NCBI GenBank assembly: GCA_037447605.1
Contig: CM074804.1
Span: forward strand, 1,550,001-1,614,000
Source of the DNA: Zygnema circumcarinatum SAG 698-1b
Lineage: Eukaryota; Plantae; Zygnematophyceae
Direction: 5' to 3'
Length of the DNA: 64,000 bases
Shown here piece after piece: positions 23,101-35,436 of this stretch. The position numbers were made by a program, and so were the translations under genes. Position 1 is the first letter of the stretch. The number at the start of each line of letters is the position of its first letter. The notes beneath the pieces were generated by a model, which saw only the letters and a list, made by a program, of their open reading frames with translations, searched no databases and was not told the origin of the DNA.

Positions 23101-26100
23101 GCAAGCAGCTTTGGCAGGTATTTGTGGGAACAAAATTAAGGAGAATAGAGGGTCTCTATGATGAGCTTCTTCGCGACGATCCTGAGGGGCGAAGTCCGGA
23201 AGGCGGTACTTTTGAAGATATTTACTCGCGAATTCGAGCTAAAGACGCCGCGCAAGCTTCGACCATCCAGATCGACAAGGTGTTTACTCTTACTCCTTAA
23301 ATCACTAAAACATCAAAAGGCTCTATTCTACACTGACCAATCAACCAGCCAACCAACCAACCAATCAACCAACCAGATGCTGCCACAAGGCACGCAAACC
23401 CAATCGTTTTGTGATCGGCCTAGAATTTTCGTATAGTCTGGCATTCACTTTTTTTCGGTTTTGCTGGATGCTAAGTAGATCCCAAAAATGGGAGTGGGCA
23501 GGCCTTAAGAGGGCCCCTTCGACTTTTTTTTCTTCAAACTATTTCGCAGATGCGGACGATTGAAGTTTGGAGTTTGAAGCACTTGGGAATCCTAGTTTTC
23601 AGAAGTCGAAAATCCTACAACCTCCATTTTTAACTCCGGAGATCCAACATGTTTAAGAAGTTTACAAATGAAAGCGTACCCTACAAACTCCAGAAACTCT
23701 ATAAACTGTAAAAAAAAATCAGAAGTTTACCAAAACTATTAAATGCGACCCCAAAACCCAAGGAAAACCCGATATTGTTGAGAAAACAAATCTCTAAAGT
23801 TGGTAATCCCAGATAACTTTACATTATGGGTTCGCAACCCTAGTTCTGCAAATCCTGAGAATTAAACCTTAAGTAAAGGAGTGACTCTGCAAGAACATAG
23901 GCATCCAAATGCCAAAAATCTCCAATCCGGGCTCGTTCTTGAATCCTCAAATTCTAGAAGCTGCAGTGCCAAAATTTGTTCTGTCTTTTTCAAAATTTGC
24001 GCCTTTCAGACTCCAACCATATCCCCCCCATCTCACTCTCTCTCTCTCTTTATCTCTCTCTCTCTCTCCCCCTCTCTCCCTCTCTCTCCAAATACCGCAG
24101 GACCTCCAACGCACATTTCCGGGCCATCCTGCTCTCGATTTAACCAACGGTCGCGATGCGCTGAGGAGCGTTTTGACAGCCTATGCCCGGAAGAATCCGG
24201 ATGTCGGCTACTGCCAGGTGGCGGCTCGTGATAGGCCGAGGGAGAGGGGGCAAGGGATGGAGAGGGAGCTAAACCAGACAAAGCATTAGCTGGCTGGAAA
24301 AATGCTGGGGATAACAGTTGAAGCAGAGAGAGAGAGAGGGAGTGGGAGAGAGAGGAGGGAGAAAGAGATATGTGATTCCAAGGGTTCTCTTTTACTTGCG
24401 GGTTAGCTTGCAAGGCCCCAATTTTACAATGTGCTCAATTTAAACGTTTCCTTCCTTTTCACTCACAGGAATAGAGTTTTGTTTGCAGTCAATACTATGT
24501 ATCTACGTACTTCTAAACCAAGTCTAATGTTTTTTATTTTTTCCCTTTCTTATGTTAACGGTTGTTGCGAAATTGATCGCAGGGCATGAATTTCCTCGCT
24601 GGAATTTTGCTTCTCATGATGCCCGAGGAGAATGCTTTTTGGTAGGTTCTACTCCCCTTAAAAAAGTGGGCTAATCTCGAGGGATACTATGTAGAGAGAG
24701 GGGGAATATGATATTTTATGCATACCTTATCTTTGTTGATGTCAACAAGAAGTAGGAAAAGGTAGGGTGGGAGGGAGTGTAGGCCCCAATTAGAGATAGA
24801 GGAGTAAACTAGCGGTTTCTTTTATTGAAGAAAAGAAGCGGGACATTCTTGAAAGGATGTACGTATTTATTTAAGGAGTTTGTCATTCTGATGACAGGAC
24901 CCTATCGGGAATTATGGATGACTACCTGAAGGGTTACTATGCCGACCAGATGGTTGAAGCACAGGTAAATAAAGCATCACAGTTAAACCCAATTTTTGAA
25001 ATATCCTTAAACTCAAGAACAGGCCAGAGATTCATAGAATACCTTAACCACTGACTGAAAACCCACATTACTGAAGGTCCCTAAAGTTGTGTTGCATTGA
25101 AGAAATCGTAGGACTCGTTTCCGCAATTGAAGACGTTTCTGTCCTTGTCCTTGTTTTTCGGTTCTTCCCTTTACTTTTTTCTTTCTTATATCTCCTCTCG
25201 CTATGCAGGTTGACCAGCTTTGTTTCGAGGAACTTGTGAGGAAACATTTTCCACGACTCGGTCAGTCGATCCAATCATCGTCCAGCATATGTGTTCACTC
25301 CATACATGCATATTACTAACATTACACATGGCTGCTCATTCATGTTTTCCATACTTATTTTTGACATGTGCTCGTGGTTTTCTCGGGTATGCAGTTGCCC
25401 ATCTGGATATGCTCGGTGTGCAGGTCACGTGGGTGAGCAGCTCGTGGTTTCTTTCCGTCTATGTGAACGTTCTTCCCTGGGAATCTGGTAGGGCCAAATC
25501 ATGAACAAAGAGAAACAATGCAAAATGTGCAATACCAAGAAAGTTCTCAGAGTCTCAGAACTTTGAAGTGTATGAGTTACTTACTCGATGCGATTCAGTG
25601 AGAAAGGAAATTCTAGAAATTGAAAACCTGGAAAACCTGGAAGAATTTCCAAATATCTTGAGGCAACTCGAGCTTGCGGCTTATAGATGGGCTATGGCTT
25701 GCTGTTATGCGTGGGGGGGCGCAGTTTTGAGAGTATGGGATGTACTTTTGTATGAGGGAAATCGGAGCATGCTCTTCCGTACAGGCCTGGCCATCATCGA
25801 AATGCACGGTATGTACACAGTGCATTGGAAACATCACTCTTCGCGACATCATCCATGGTCGCATGACCCTTGGCAACGTCATGCATTGTAACATTGTTCA
25901 TGGAAACACCATAGGGACAACATCATCAACTCTTGTCCCACATTTACTGTAGTGTCATTTCTGTGCTGATAAGAGCCCCTGTAACTCGTTTTGGAGGTTT
26001 CATGTAACTGTTGTAATGAAGATGTTGTTTGGAAACATGTTGTAAGGAATGCTGTAGTATAGAAGGAAGTTGTTGGGAACGATGTTGTAATCTCAATATT

Positions 26101-29100
26101 GTTTGAAACGCTGTTGTAAGGAATGATGCTGTAAGGAACAATGTTTTAAGGGATGATTTTGTGAGAAACTAATGGTTGGGTTTTGTTGGGGTTTTGGGCA
26201 GCTGCCTCGGCGATGGTGACCTATGACCCCGGCGATATCATGTCCCTCCTTCAGGCCATGGCCGGAGCATCCTTTGACAGCAGCGGCCTCATATTGAGCG
26301 CCTGCGTTGGATATGTGGATGTGGATGAGCCCTTGTTGGAGGTACTCCCTCTCTCGTCTCTCCAGTCATCCACTCTCTCCCCTCCCCCTTCCGCCCATCT
26401 CCCTCTCCCTTCCCACTCCCTTCCCTCTCCCTTCCCTCTCCCTTCCCTCTCCCTTCACTCTCCTCTCTCCCGCTGACCTGATGCTGTCGCTTGGCAGGAG
26501 ATGCGAGTAAAGCACCGTCCAACTGTTCTGGAGATGCTGAGGGAGAGGAATGAGTCCTTAGCGCGATACCAAAGTGTAAACGCCACTCGTCTTGCTGCTG
26601 AAGCAAAGGTTGCTCTATTGAGCCGGACCTCCTCTACCACTAGTAGCGTTGACAACCCTAATCTGAACCATAGTCCTCCGCCTGAGCGATCTCTAAACAC
26701 CATCCCTTCTGTAACAGGAAAGAATACTTCTACCTCTCCCACTCCTCCAGAAATCGTAGTAAGCCCAGTGGTTGAAGGGCCAAGGAGACCCCAAGTAATA
26801 GCTGCTGTTGAATCTCACAGACAGTCTTTAATCAGGCATCAAAGCATGAAGGGAGAGGGCTTAGCTGCTGCTGCTGCTGCTGCCTTAGCAGAGCTTCCCT
26901 CTACTTCAGGAGTCTCTTTATCTAAATCAAGGAGTCAATCATCTTTGTCTGGAGTTTCTACTCATTCAGGAAGCATGTTGAAGAGGGAAGTTAATCCCAC
27001 GTGGATGCTCTCTCAAGATAGCTTCTTTAGGGACCCTTTTATGGGTGTAAATGGGCTCCCAAATGGTAGTGCCAGTAATGGTAGTGTTCTCTCCCACCAC
27101 AACCCACTCTTAGCCCAAGTTCAAGATCACCGCAACCTTCTCGTTCGACATAAAAGCGAGTCTCCCGTACTGCTCCGAGCACTAGCTGAGAAATCCAAGG
27201 CGGGTTATTTGAAGGAAAATGGGGAATTCCGGTTGAATGGAGTCAATGGGGTAGTGGGTAACAATCGAGAGGGAGCGAGTAATGCAGAGGGAGAGGAAGG
27301 AAGTGAAGGAACTATAAGAAGGACCTCCCTTACTCGACATCAAAGCTTACGATCAGAGGAAGTTGGTGCGGCAGTTAATGCAGCTCTCTCTACCCTAAGT
27401 TCTTCCCTTGAACTTAAGTCCCACAGAGCTCTTAACTCCTCTCCCAATGCTCTTAGACCCCTTCAACCCTTAGTGAGACAGAGCAGCCGCTCTCCTCTCT
27501 TGAATCACAATATGGGGGTCCTCATGGAAGAGGAGGACGGACTATCGGATTTCCAACTTGAGGAGGAGGACGGAAAAAGAGACGGAGAGTTGAGCCCTAC
27601 ATCTTCCACTACTGAAAGTTGCGGAACTGGGTTTGAAACAGAGCCCGAGGAGTCGTTACAAAATTTGCGGAATCAAGTAAAGTTTCGAAAAAACCCTAAG
27701 AATTTGAGAAACGCCCTCAGTTCTTCCTCTCTATCTCTTCCTCTCCCTCTTTTCATCTACCCGTCCCGCTCTGTCTCTCTCTCGTTATGCCTCTCCGTAT
27801 CCCAATCTATGCATTGAAAGCTGTCCTCCTCTTTATCGCCCCTCTTCCTCACCTCTCCCTCACTTCTTTGCCGCCCCCAAATTGTTACACCCTATACAAC
27901 AATTTTTTTTTCTTCTTTAATTTCTTATTGCCTGCACATTCAATCTGTATGTTCGTGAAGGCAGATAGCCGGGGAAACCCTCAAATCAATATCTATCAGC
28001 CATAAAGCTTTAGTATGTCTTTTTGTATTTGCAGGTTCAATGGCTCAAACAACAGCTCATATCAGCTCTGGAAGGTCAAGACGCCGCTGTTACAAAGTGA
28101 GCTCTCTTTTCTATTCCGGTAAATAGCTGTCTGAGATTCTCTATAAAGAGAGGGTGGGCTACTTTTGAAATTTCTTTCTTCCATCAATCCGTGCTCCCTC
28201 CCACATGCAGATCGGCATCATTCGGATTTCAATTCTTTTGCCTTGGGCTGACTTGCGGAGTGTGCTTATCTTCCTATTGACAGCAACAATCTCCTAACAA
28301 TCCTAAGAATCTCAACCTCGGAGATTGTTGAAAACCCTAAACTTACTTAACTTATCCTAAACTTAACTTAACTTAACCCTAAACCCTAAACCCTTATGTG
28401 CAAGCATTCCTGGAAACCCTAAACCGTAAATGCGAACATTTGCGAGGGTGCAGAATTCAGGAGCTTCAGCAAGCTCTTGTCCAGCTGGCAGATCGGTTGG
28501 AGATATCGGAGGAAATGGACAAAATGATGCTTGCAGAGCAGGTGCGGGTCAAATCGCAATCGTTCTCTGTTCATTTTGACCTTTGCTCGAAACCACTCTT
28601 TTTATGGTTAGTCTCTAGTTGCTTCCGTGCATATCCTTTGCTCCTTAAGATGTTCAGGACATTTGAACTCGAATATTGAATGAATATCTTTAACTCCGTT
28701 CCATGAAAGCTCGTCAATCTTAGAAAAAATCGTAGGGGTTTCGCTTCGGGATTCGACTAGCAAACAGTCTGTTTCTGCTTGCTTTCCTCTGAAAAACGTA
28801 CGAGTTTCGAGCTCGTCCTAGTATGGATCTTTTTTAAGATTGAGAATCCCTTTTGGAGCTCACGCCCTCCTCTCTCCCCCTCTCTCTCATTCATTCATTC
28901 ATTCGTGACGTGACGTGACGTGACGTGACAGGTGAAGGCGTTAGAGCGGCGGTGTGCGGAGTTGGAGAAGAGAGCGGAGGGCGCGCACGAGCGGGACGCG
29001 GCGGCGCTGGCGGAGGCAATTTCCAGGAAGGAGCGGCGGCTGGTGGCGGAGGTCGACGACCTGCTGACGGCGCTCGCGGAGAAGGAGGAGCGGCTCCGCC

Positions 29101-31607
29101 GGGACGTGGAGGACGCGGGGGACGCGCTCAGGGCCAAGGAGGGGGAGCTCGCCAGCCTCGCGGAGGTACGGGAGGGANNNNNNNNNNAGGGGGAGATGGG
29201 AGGGGGAAGGGGAGGGGTGAAAGGGAGTAGGTGGGAGAGAGGAAGGGAATGGGAGAATGTGGAGGAAGAAAGTGGAAGCGAGGAGAGGGGGGGGTGGGAA
29301 GGAGTGGAGAGGAAGGGAGAAGAAGGCTGAAGGTTGAAGGGCGAGGGAGAAAAGGAGGAACGAAAGGTGGGAGGGGAGAGGGGGGAACTGAGGATTGAAG
29401 GGAGAAGGGGGAAAAGGAGCTGGGAGAAGGTGGAAAAAGAAAGGGAAGGGCGAGAAGTTAGTGGAGAGGAGTGGAGAGAAGTGAAGCGGAGAGCGGAGAA
29501 GGGAGAGGGGAAGGGGAGGAGCAAGGTGGGGGGCTGTGTGGAGGTGTATGGGAGATGGTGAATAGCAGTCAGGGAATAAAGGAGGCGGAGAGGCGGGAGA
29601 ATAGGAGAGGGAGAATTGGGGTGCGAAGGGAGAAGAAGAGATGATAGTTTAACAAGCAGCCTATGCCTTTCTATAGCCCAGTGGTTCTCCGATACATTTG
29701 GTACCTTAATACCTCTAATTTTCGTAACCTTAAATATTGTTCAAATCTTTCCTTTGTGCAGGTTGTACTGAAACTGCAGAGCGAGCAGAGGACGACGGAA
29801 GATTTAAGGCAAGTAGCTGAGCGACAGGTGGTAACGCAGCGTGAAGTCATCAATTTGTTAGTGGTAATTCTCCTGCCCCACTCTCTCTCTCGTCCTATCT
29901 CTCCCTCTCCCTACCCCCCTCTCCCTCCTCCCCCACTCCTCCTCTCCTCTTTCTTAATTTTTCATTTGTCCTAATTTATTGGACACAATCTGAATCCGGC
30001 AAAGCTCGGCCTTAAGACCCAAATTCGATTTCTGCATGTTAAAAAAATATGCTAAGATCGAATCATTGTTGAAGTATTGAATTCTTTTTTACTGTCCTCT
30101 ACTGCTGCTGGGGAAAGGTTGGAATAAATTAATTAGGGTTCCGGGGCTTCATGGGCATGTACTTTCGTTATTTGGGGTTTGAAACATCCCCTTTGCTCTG
30201 CTGGAGTTCTTTATGGCTGTATTTTTTTCCCGGTATTCAGAATATTCTATTGCTCTCATTCAGTTTTAGTTTGAACGTGTGCAGGAGAAGAATAAAGAAG
30301 CGGTTCAGCGTCAGAATGAGCTTGAAAAGAGAGCTCGCATGGCAGAGAGGTGCTGTTCTAACCTCTCGCTCTCCGTCCTCCGCTCCTCCCTCCCCTCTCT
30401 CTCTCTCTCTCGCTCTCTTATTGTTTCTCCATTCATCCTACACTGCAGTATACTTCATTCCAGTGCTTCTTATTGGCCTAGCCTTTTGCTTAATCGAATA
30501 GGTCTCGACATGGAACTGCTAAATATTAGTTCCCAGGACACTCAAATTTGATGTATTTTCCTTTAGTTTTTGCTTTCTTTTAATGTCTCTCTTGTTGTCT
30601 CAATTGTCAGCTTTCCTTCCTTGTAGATTCCTCGAAATTTTGAGCAATTCTCTCGGTTCTTAGGGTGTCCAGGGTGTCGAGTTTTCGCAGGCAGTTTAGG
30701 GTTTCCGGAATTTCAACGGTTTCTATGTCTTTTAGGGTTTCTTGTACAGCAAATCTGAAATTTATTATATGCTCGTGCAGCATGTTGCAAGCTTTCATGG
30801 CTGCGGCTCCGGATGCTCCATATTCGACTTTTGGGAATGCGAGAGGGAGTGCTGTGGATTCCTCTCCCTCTACTCCTTGGGGTCAAATGGACGATGCGAA
30901 AAAACGTAACACTGTGAGTAGTGAAACCAATGGAGGGTTACAGTCTTAGGAAACGTTCATATTTTTGAAATTCTAATTCAGTATACTCTCTCTGCAAAAT
31001 AAGTGGTAATAGCGGAATACAAAGTACATTCTTCAAAAAAGTTCCGTATCGATTAATACAAGTCTGAAGCGATCTACTAGCTAACTATCTTCTAGATTTT
31101 GAGAGAATCTTCTTACGCCTTCGGAGCCCGGTAAATCTCAAATGCTCCCTAATGCTAACTCCAACCCTAATCCTAACTGTAACCCTAACCCTCACCCTAA
31201 CCATAACCTTAACTCTAACCCTAGAACTAGCCCTAAACCTTCTGAAGCACCATCGTATGGTGATAGAGTTTGTTTCAGCTCTCATATTATTGCTTTCGCA
31301 TTTGCAGTTATGGTCTCTGCTAGGCTACAAAGAGGAGGCCGGCACTCCGGGAGCGTCAGAACCGCAGTCAGGAAGCAGCACTCCCACAGCCTTCTCCCGA
31401 TCAGGAAGAACGCTGACCCTCCCTTCAGAAAATGACCAAGAAAATATTAATAGTAATAATACTTTTGTTAATGTTAATATTCATAGCCCAGTGAGTAGCA
31501 GTGTGGCTGACGCGGAAAGAGGTGATGACGGGTCTCGGCCCCAGTCTCCCCTGGTGGGAACTCCCGGGTCCTTTTTTCGGCATTGGAGAAGCAGTAGTGA
31601 TTCGTGA
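20138..31607 (+). CDS. TBC-domain Rab GTPase-activating protein (plant EVI5/GYP-like) with C-terminal coiled coil, 19 exons, ~1338 aa
   Basis: Exons 20138-20220, 21523-21595, 21884-22798, 23109-23279, 24101-24217, 24583-24641, 24898-24964, 25209-25260, 25395-25487, 25725-25808, 26202-26341, 26498-27676, 28035-28096, 28454-28541, 28932-29165, 29762-29863, 30285-30349, 30781-30913, 31308-31607; sum 4017 nt. Motifs: RDMYGFAIRPQ, GVPMALRGELWQ, R-finger IDKDLQRTFP, Q-finger YCQGMNF, VLRVWDVLLYEGNR, MAESML. Confidence 0.92.
28905..28929. repeat. (GTGAC)5 pentamer directly abutting a splice acceptor
   Basis: (catt)n-cgtgacgtgacgtgacgtgacgtgac-AG|GTGAAG at the start of TBC exon 15. Confidence 0.9.
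31152..31235. repeat. Degenerate interstitial telomere-like (CCCTAA)n hexamer array in the last TBC intron
   Basis: aaccctaatcctaactgtaaccctaaccctcaccctaaccataaccttaactctaacccta. Similar patches at 28331-28425, 39040-39180, 43959-44014 and (as TAGGG) 4680-4812. Confidence 0.7.
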
Positions 31608-33459
31608 GGGAGGGAGGGAGGAGGGAGGGAAGGAGGCAAGGTGGAAGGGCGTAGTCTAAGGTTATAGAGTTTTGACGTTGTAGAGTCAGCGGGAGATGCT
31701 TTCCTATCGAAGCGATCACTTAATACAAACGCGCTCGTTTTTGTACAGCATGTGGTGTTTGTCTGCACGATTAGGATTCAGGGCTGTCTGACAGGGCTTC
31801 TATAGGGTTATGGAACAAGGTTTAAGGGAAATTGGAGTCGAAGAGTTGAAGTGAAGGGGACAAATGATAGAATTTCTTTACTTGAGGGAATTGTATTCCA
31901 AGGCATAAGGAAATATTGTTCAAGTCTGAGAGTCTTGAAATCCTGTCATGATAAGAGTTTTTAGGGTATTTTAGATGATGTAAGGTACAAGAGATGCTCC
32001 TTCCCTCCTTCCCTCTCTCCCTCCCTCCTCTCTCCCATTCCCTCCGTCCTCTAAGGACCTCTCAATCGCTACAAGCCACCTCTTCCTCCCACATCGCTCC
32101 CCCTCCCTGCCTCACTGTCTCTCTCGCTCTCTTCCTCTCACTCCCTCCCTCTCTCCCTGCCTCGTTCCCGCCATTCCCTCTCCTCCCTTCCCATCTGCAA
32201 ATGTGGGTTTTCAGATGATTTTCAGGTCACGTTTCCGTGGCGTGGCAAGTTTTGTTGCACATTTTGGCATTGTATATGGAAAAACTCCGAGACAGACTCC
32301 GTGAAACCAGAAAGTTTGCATGTCAGCCTACGACTCGCGTTTCTTGCCAACTCCCATGAAACACACATGGCAGAGAGAGACGCGATTGGCAGCAAAAGCG
32401 GCGAAGTTGCAATCAGGTTTGCTGCAAAACACTAAAATTGGATGTGCAACTGCAAAGGGGACACAGCACGATCAATCTCCACTTTGAGGGTGAGAACCTC
32501 AGAGCCGACTCGCAAACAAGAGAAAGAGGACCGCCATCCATGGAACCCTAAACACCAGAACCCTGCTGACTCTGAACAACGGCAAACTCGATGGGCTCCA
32601 AAGCATATCCTAAAAAGCTACAATTCTGCTCAAAAGGGGTACAAATGTCCTCGATCCTAATGCAGACTCCACGCAAGACATGTTGAAACGACAACAGACA
32701 ATTGCCAAATCTCCCAAATCCTTGTCTCAAATTTCAGACATGAATTTACCATCAAATTGAACAGAATTCAACAACGCCTTGCCCAGAAAGCGCCCTCTAA
32801 GGAACTCCTAGAGCGGATGGTGAACTCTTTCAGATCCAAAAGAAACAGGTCCGAGTGTACTCATTCCCTCCAGAGGCTTCAATTCGATCTGTTCAACGTC
32901 ACACAGCAGTTCCTAAGCCACCGCCAAAACCTGAACCCTAAAACCTGAGAATGTACAGCTTGCTAAACAAGTGCTCTGACACTGCATTCATCTGCCACAT
33001 TCTGAGATTCATAAGAGATCAGCAAAAGCAGGAAAAAGCGAATCGAATCCCAGGTTCTGAGTTTTCCAAAAAATCGTTGAAAGCAAACACTGCTGGTCAA
33101 ATTTCTTAGTCACATGGCTAACCCTTTCAACCAGCATCCACCATTTTGAAAGCAAGCTCAATTGTTAGGCCACATGCTGAAAACAATATTTGCTTCAACT
33201 GTAGAAACTAGCTGCCTATTCTCTTGACACCGCTTCAGGACCGCAAAATCAGCCTGCAAAGGACTGTGATATAACCAACAGGCGGTCCATAATTCAACAC
33301 ACAATTTGAAAATCTTCAAAGAATTTCTTCCGGCTTTCAATTTGCTTTCCAGTGACCACAAAGGCACGAGGCAGTACTTTTCCCGCACTACAATTCCATT
33401 CATAATTACTATCTTCCGCTCCTTCAACCAATAACAAACCTAGTCTAAATTCATCCCTT

Positions 33460-33987
33460 CTACTTGATGGAGCACTTGGCTCCGGCAGCTTCCAGTTGCT
33501 TCTTTCCTTCCTCTGCGTCCTCCTTCGCCGCTGCTTCCTTCACCTTCTTGGGAAGGCCTTCAATCATATCCTTGGCCTCCTTCAGACCAAGGCCAGTCAA
33601 GGCTCTCACCACCTTGATAACAGCAATGCGGGCAGTGGAAGGAACGTCATCCAAAAATAGGTCAAATTCCGTCTGCTCTTCCACAACAGGGGCAGCTTCT
33701 GCAGCAGCTCCTGGAGCAGCAACCACTCCTCCCATAGGCATCATCGCCGCCGCTGAGACTCCCAACTCTTCCTGCAATCTGTCAGTCAATATTCTCGCCT
33801 GCTCCAAGGTCAGGCTCTTCACATCAGCAACAAGCTTGTCGAGGTCCACTGCGGTAGCAGACACCTTCACAACGGAGCGCCTTGCAACCTTTAGCCCTAC
33901 TGAGCGCTTAGTTGACGTGAAGGATGTGGACGATGCGGCGAGGCCTGCGGGGGCCCTGAGCGCCATGGACTGGGCAAGCGCCGCCAT
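33460..33987 (-). CDS. RPL12: Nuclear-encoded plastid 50S ribosomal protein L12 (bL12c) with transit peptide, intronless CDS, 175 aa
   Basis: ATG at 33987: [25 protein letters not shown] (Ser/Thr/Ala-rich transit peptide)...[22 protein letters not shown]...[49 protein letters not shown]...[18 protein letters not shown], the L7/L12 signature. Confidence 0.97.
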   Translation of the reverse strand: MAALAQSMALRAPAGLAASSTSFTSTKRSVGLKVARRSVVKVSATAVDLDKLVADVKSLTLEQARILTDRLQEELGVSAAAMMPMGGVVAAPGAAAEAAPVVEEQTEFDLFLDDVPSTARIAVIKVVRALTGLGLKEAKDMIEGLPKKVKEAAAKEDAEEGKKQLEAAGAKCSIK

Positions 33988-34165
33988 GTCTGCCGCTCGG
34001 TCTGTACTGGGGATGCGCCCTCTTTCTCTCCTGCAGCCGCACTGCAAAGGGTAGCGCCTGCGAGGGAGGGCGAGAGAGAGAGAGAGAAAGCACGCGCAAG
34101 CAATTGGCCGCCTTTCCTTCCGAACCCCTCTTCAGAGCTCGCAGGGTTCAACCAATGGCGGCACC

Positions 34166-34286
34166 GTGCGACAAAATCTGCAACCGTGCGACTAAATCTG
34201 CAAGCGTGCGACGGAATTTGTAGCTGTGCGACGACATTTACCGATAGTGTGACGACATATTGCGACAGTGTGCGACGGCGTGCGAC
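34166..34286. repeat. 20-bp-period tandem repeat with GTGCGAC core in the RPL12 upstream region
   Basis: GTGCGAC at 34166, 34186, 34206 and 34226 (exact 20-bp spacing), then degenerate or closer copies at 34247, 34261, 34270 and 34280. Confidence 0.85.
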
Positions 34287-34380
34287 CCTGGAGGATAGAG
34301 CGCCACGCGGCCCACCCACTGAAGGGTTCAGGGTGCACCAAAAATTTGCGGGCGGGTGGGCGACTACGTGGCGCATACTC

Positions 34381-34667
34381 ATTGGTTGGACAGGAAAAAA
34401 AAGTGGATTGGATTACGCAGAGACCCTCAGAAATTTATGAAAAGTTTTTTTACACGTGTTCCGAATGTCACCGATTGGTGGACGTCTTTTTCTGAAAACC
34501 TAAAGTTCTCTGATTGGTCTGCAGACAGCGGGCTAGCACTTTTGGGTACGAAAAAAAAAAGGGATCGGCGGAAATCTACCCTTCTATGGATAGTACGGAC
34601 TATATTTGCCTTACCGTACAGTACCACAAAGTATGGTACGGATGCAGATGCCGACAAGCTCCAGTAC
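34381..34667 (-). promoter_or_regulatory. CCAAT-box cluster plus GTAC cluster upstream of RPL12
   Basis: ATTGG (CCAAT on the gene strand) at 34381, 34407, 34474 and 34513; GTAC at 34593, 34616, 34621, 34636 and 34664. Function is inferred. Confidence 0.4.
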
Positions 34668-35436
34668 ACTAACGGAAGGGCGAGTGGTTCACGGAAACAG
34701 TTCCAGTTAAAACTCCGTGAAACAAATGTACGCCCCTCCGTCAGGAGTTCAATTGCAGTTCCAGTTCGTGTGCACCCAAACTGTCACATGTGTCGTTCGT
34801 TTCGCTGTACAGTAAGCCCTCGATAAAGTGTGCCCCATGGCCATGGGACCAAAGGGTGGGCCCCACATTGAAAGTACTTTTTACCTACATTGCACCAATC
34901 ACAGCATGATGTGTCTCCAAGTCTCACACGTGGCAGACTGTTGTTGGCTGCCACACAAGAGGGGGCCTTCAATGGGCCCCATCACAACATACCTTTGAAA
35001 ATTTAAAGGTATAGCTAAGGTCCTTAACTTTATCGAGGATTACATCTGGTGGGTCTGCCATTTGCCCCTCACTGGACCCAGTTGTGCTAACACGGAAAGG
35101 GGAGCAACGCTTAACTGAGGCGACCCGTCACATGCACAGAGGTCTGCCGGCCAATGAGAGCAGCGCTTGTACCCTACAGCGCCTTACTATAACGAGGAGA
35201 AGTAAAGCTTCATAAAAGCCCTCTGATTGTCACTTTATAGAGGTTATCATTCCCTTTCCTATGTACATTTGATACTGTCGCCATCGTAAGACCCGTGTTA
35301 TTCCAACTTCTTTACTACACCATGTCCACAATAGGCTCCTTCCAACCCTCCAACCTAAGGACCCCCAAAACCCTAAAACCCACTTCGCTTTCCACAAATA
35401 TTCACATTTAAAGGCCGCCCAACAAAAAAAACATAC

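Noticed and set aside
32087-32096. TCCCACATCG resembling the plant snRNA upstream sequence element
   Set aside because: No TATA box or snRNA-like sequence follows; it is embedded in CT-rich low complexity.
32200-33450. Short ORFs between the TBC gene and RPL12
   Set aside because: No consistent exon chain or recognisable motif; likely UTR or intergenic.
33464-34054. 196-aa plus-strand ORF
   Set aside because: In-register antisense shadow of the RPL12 CDS.
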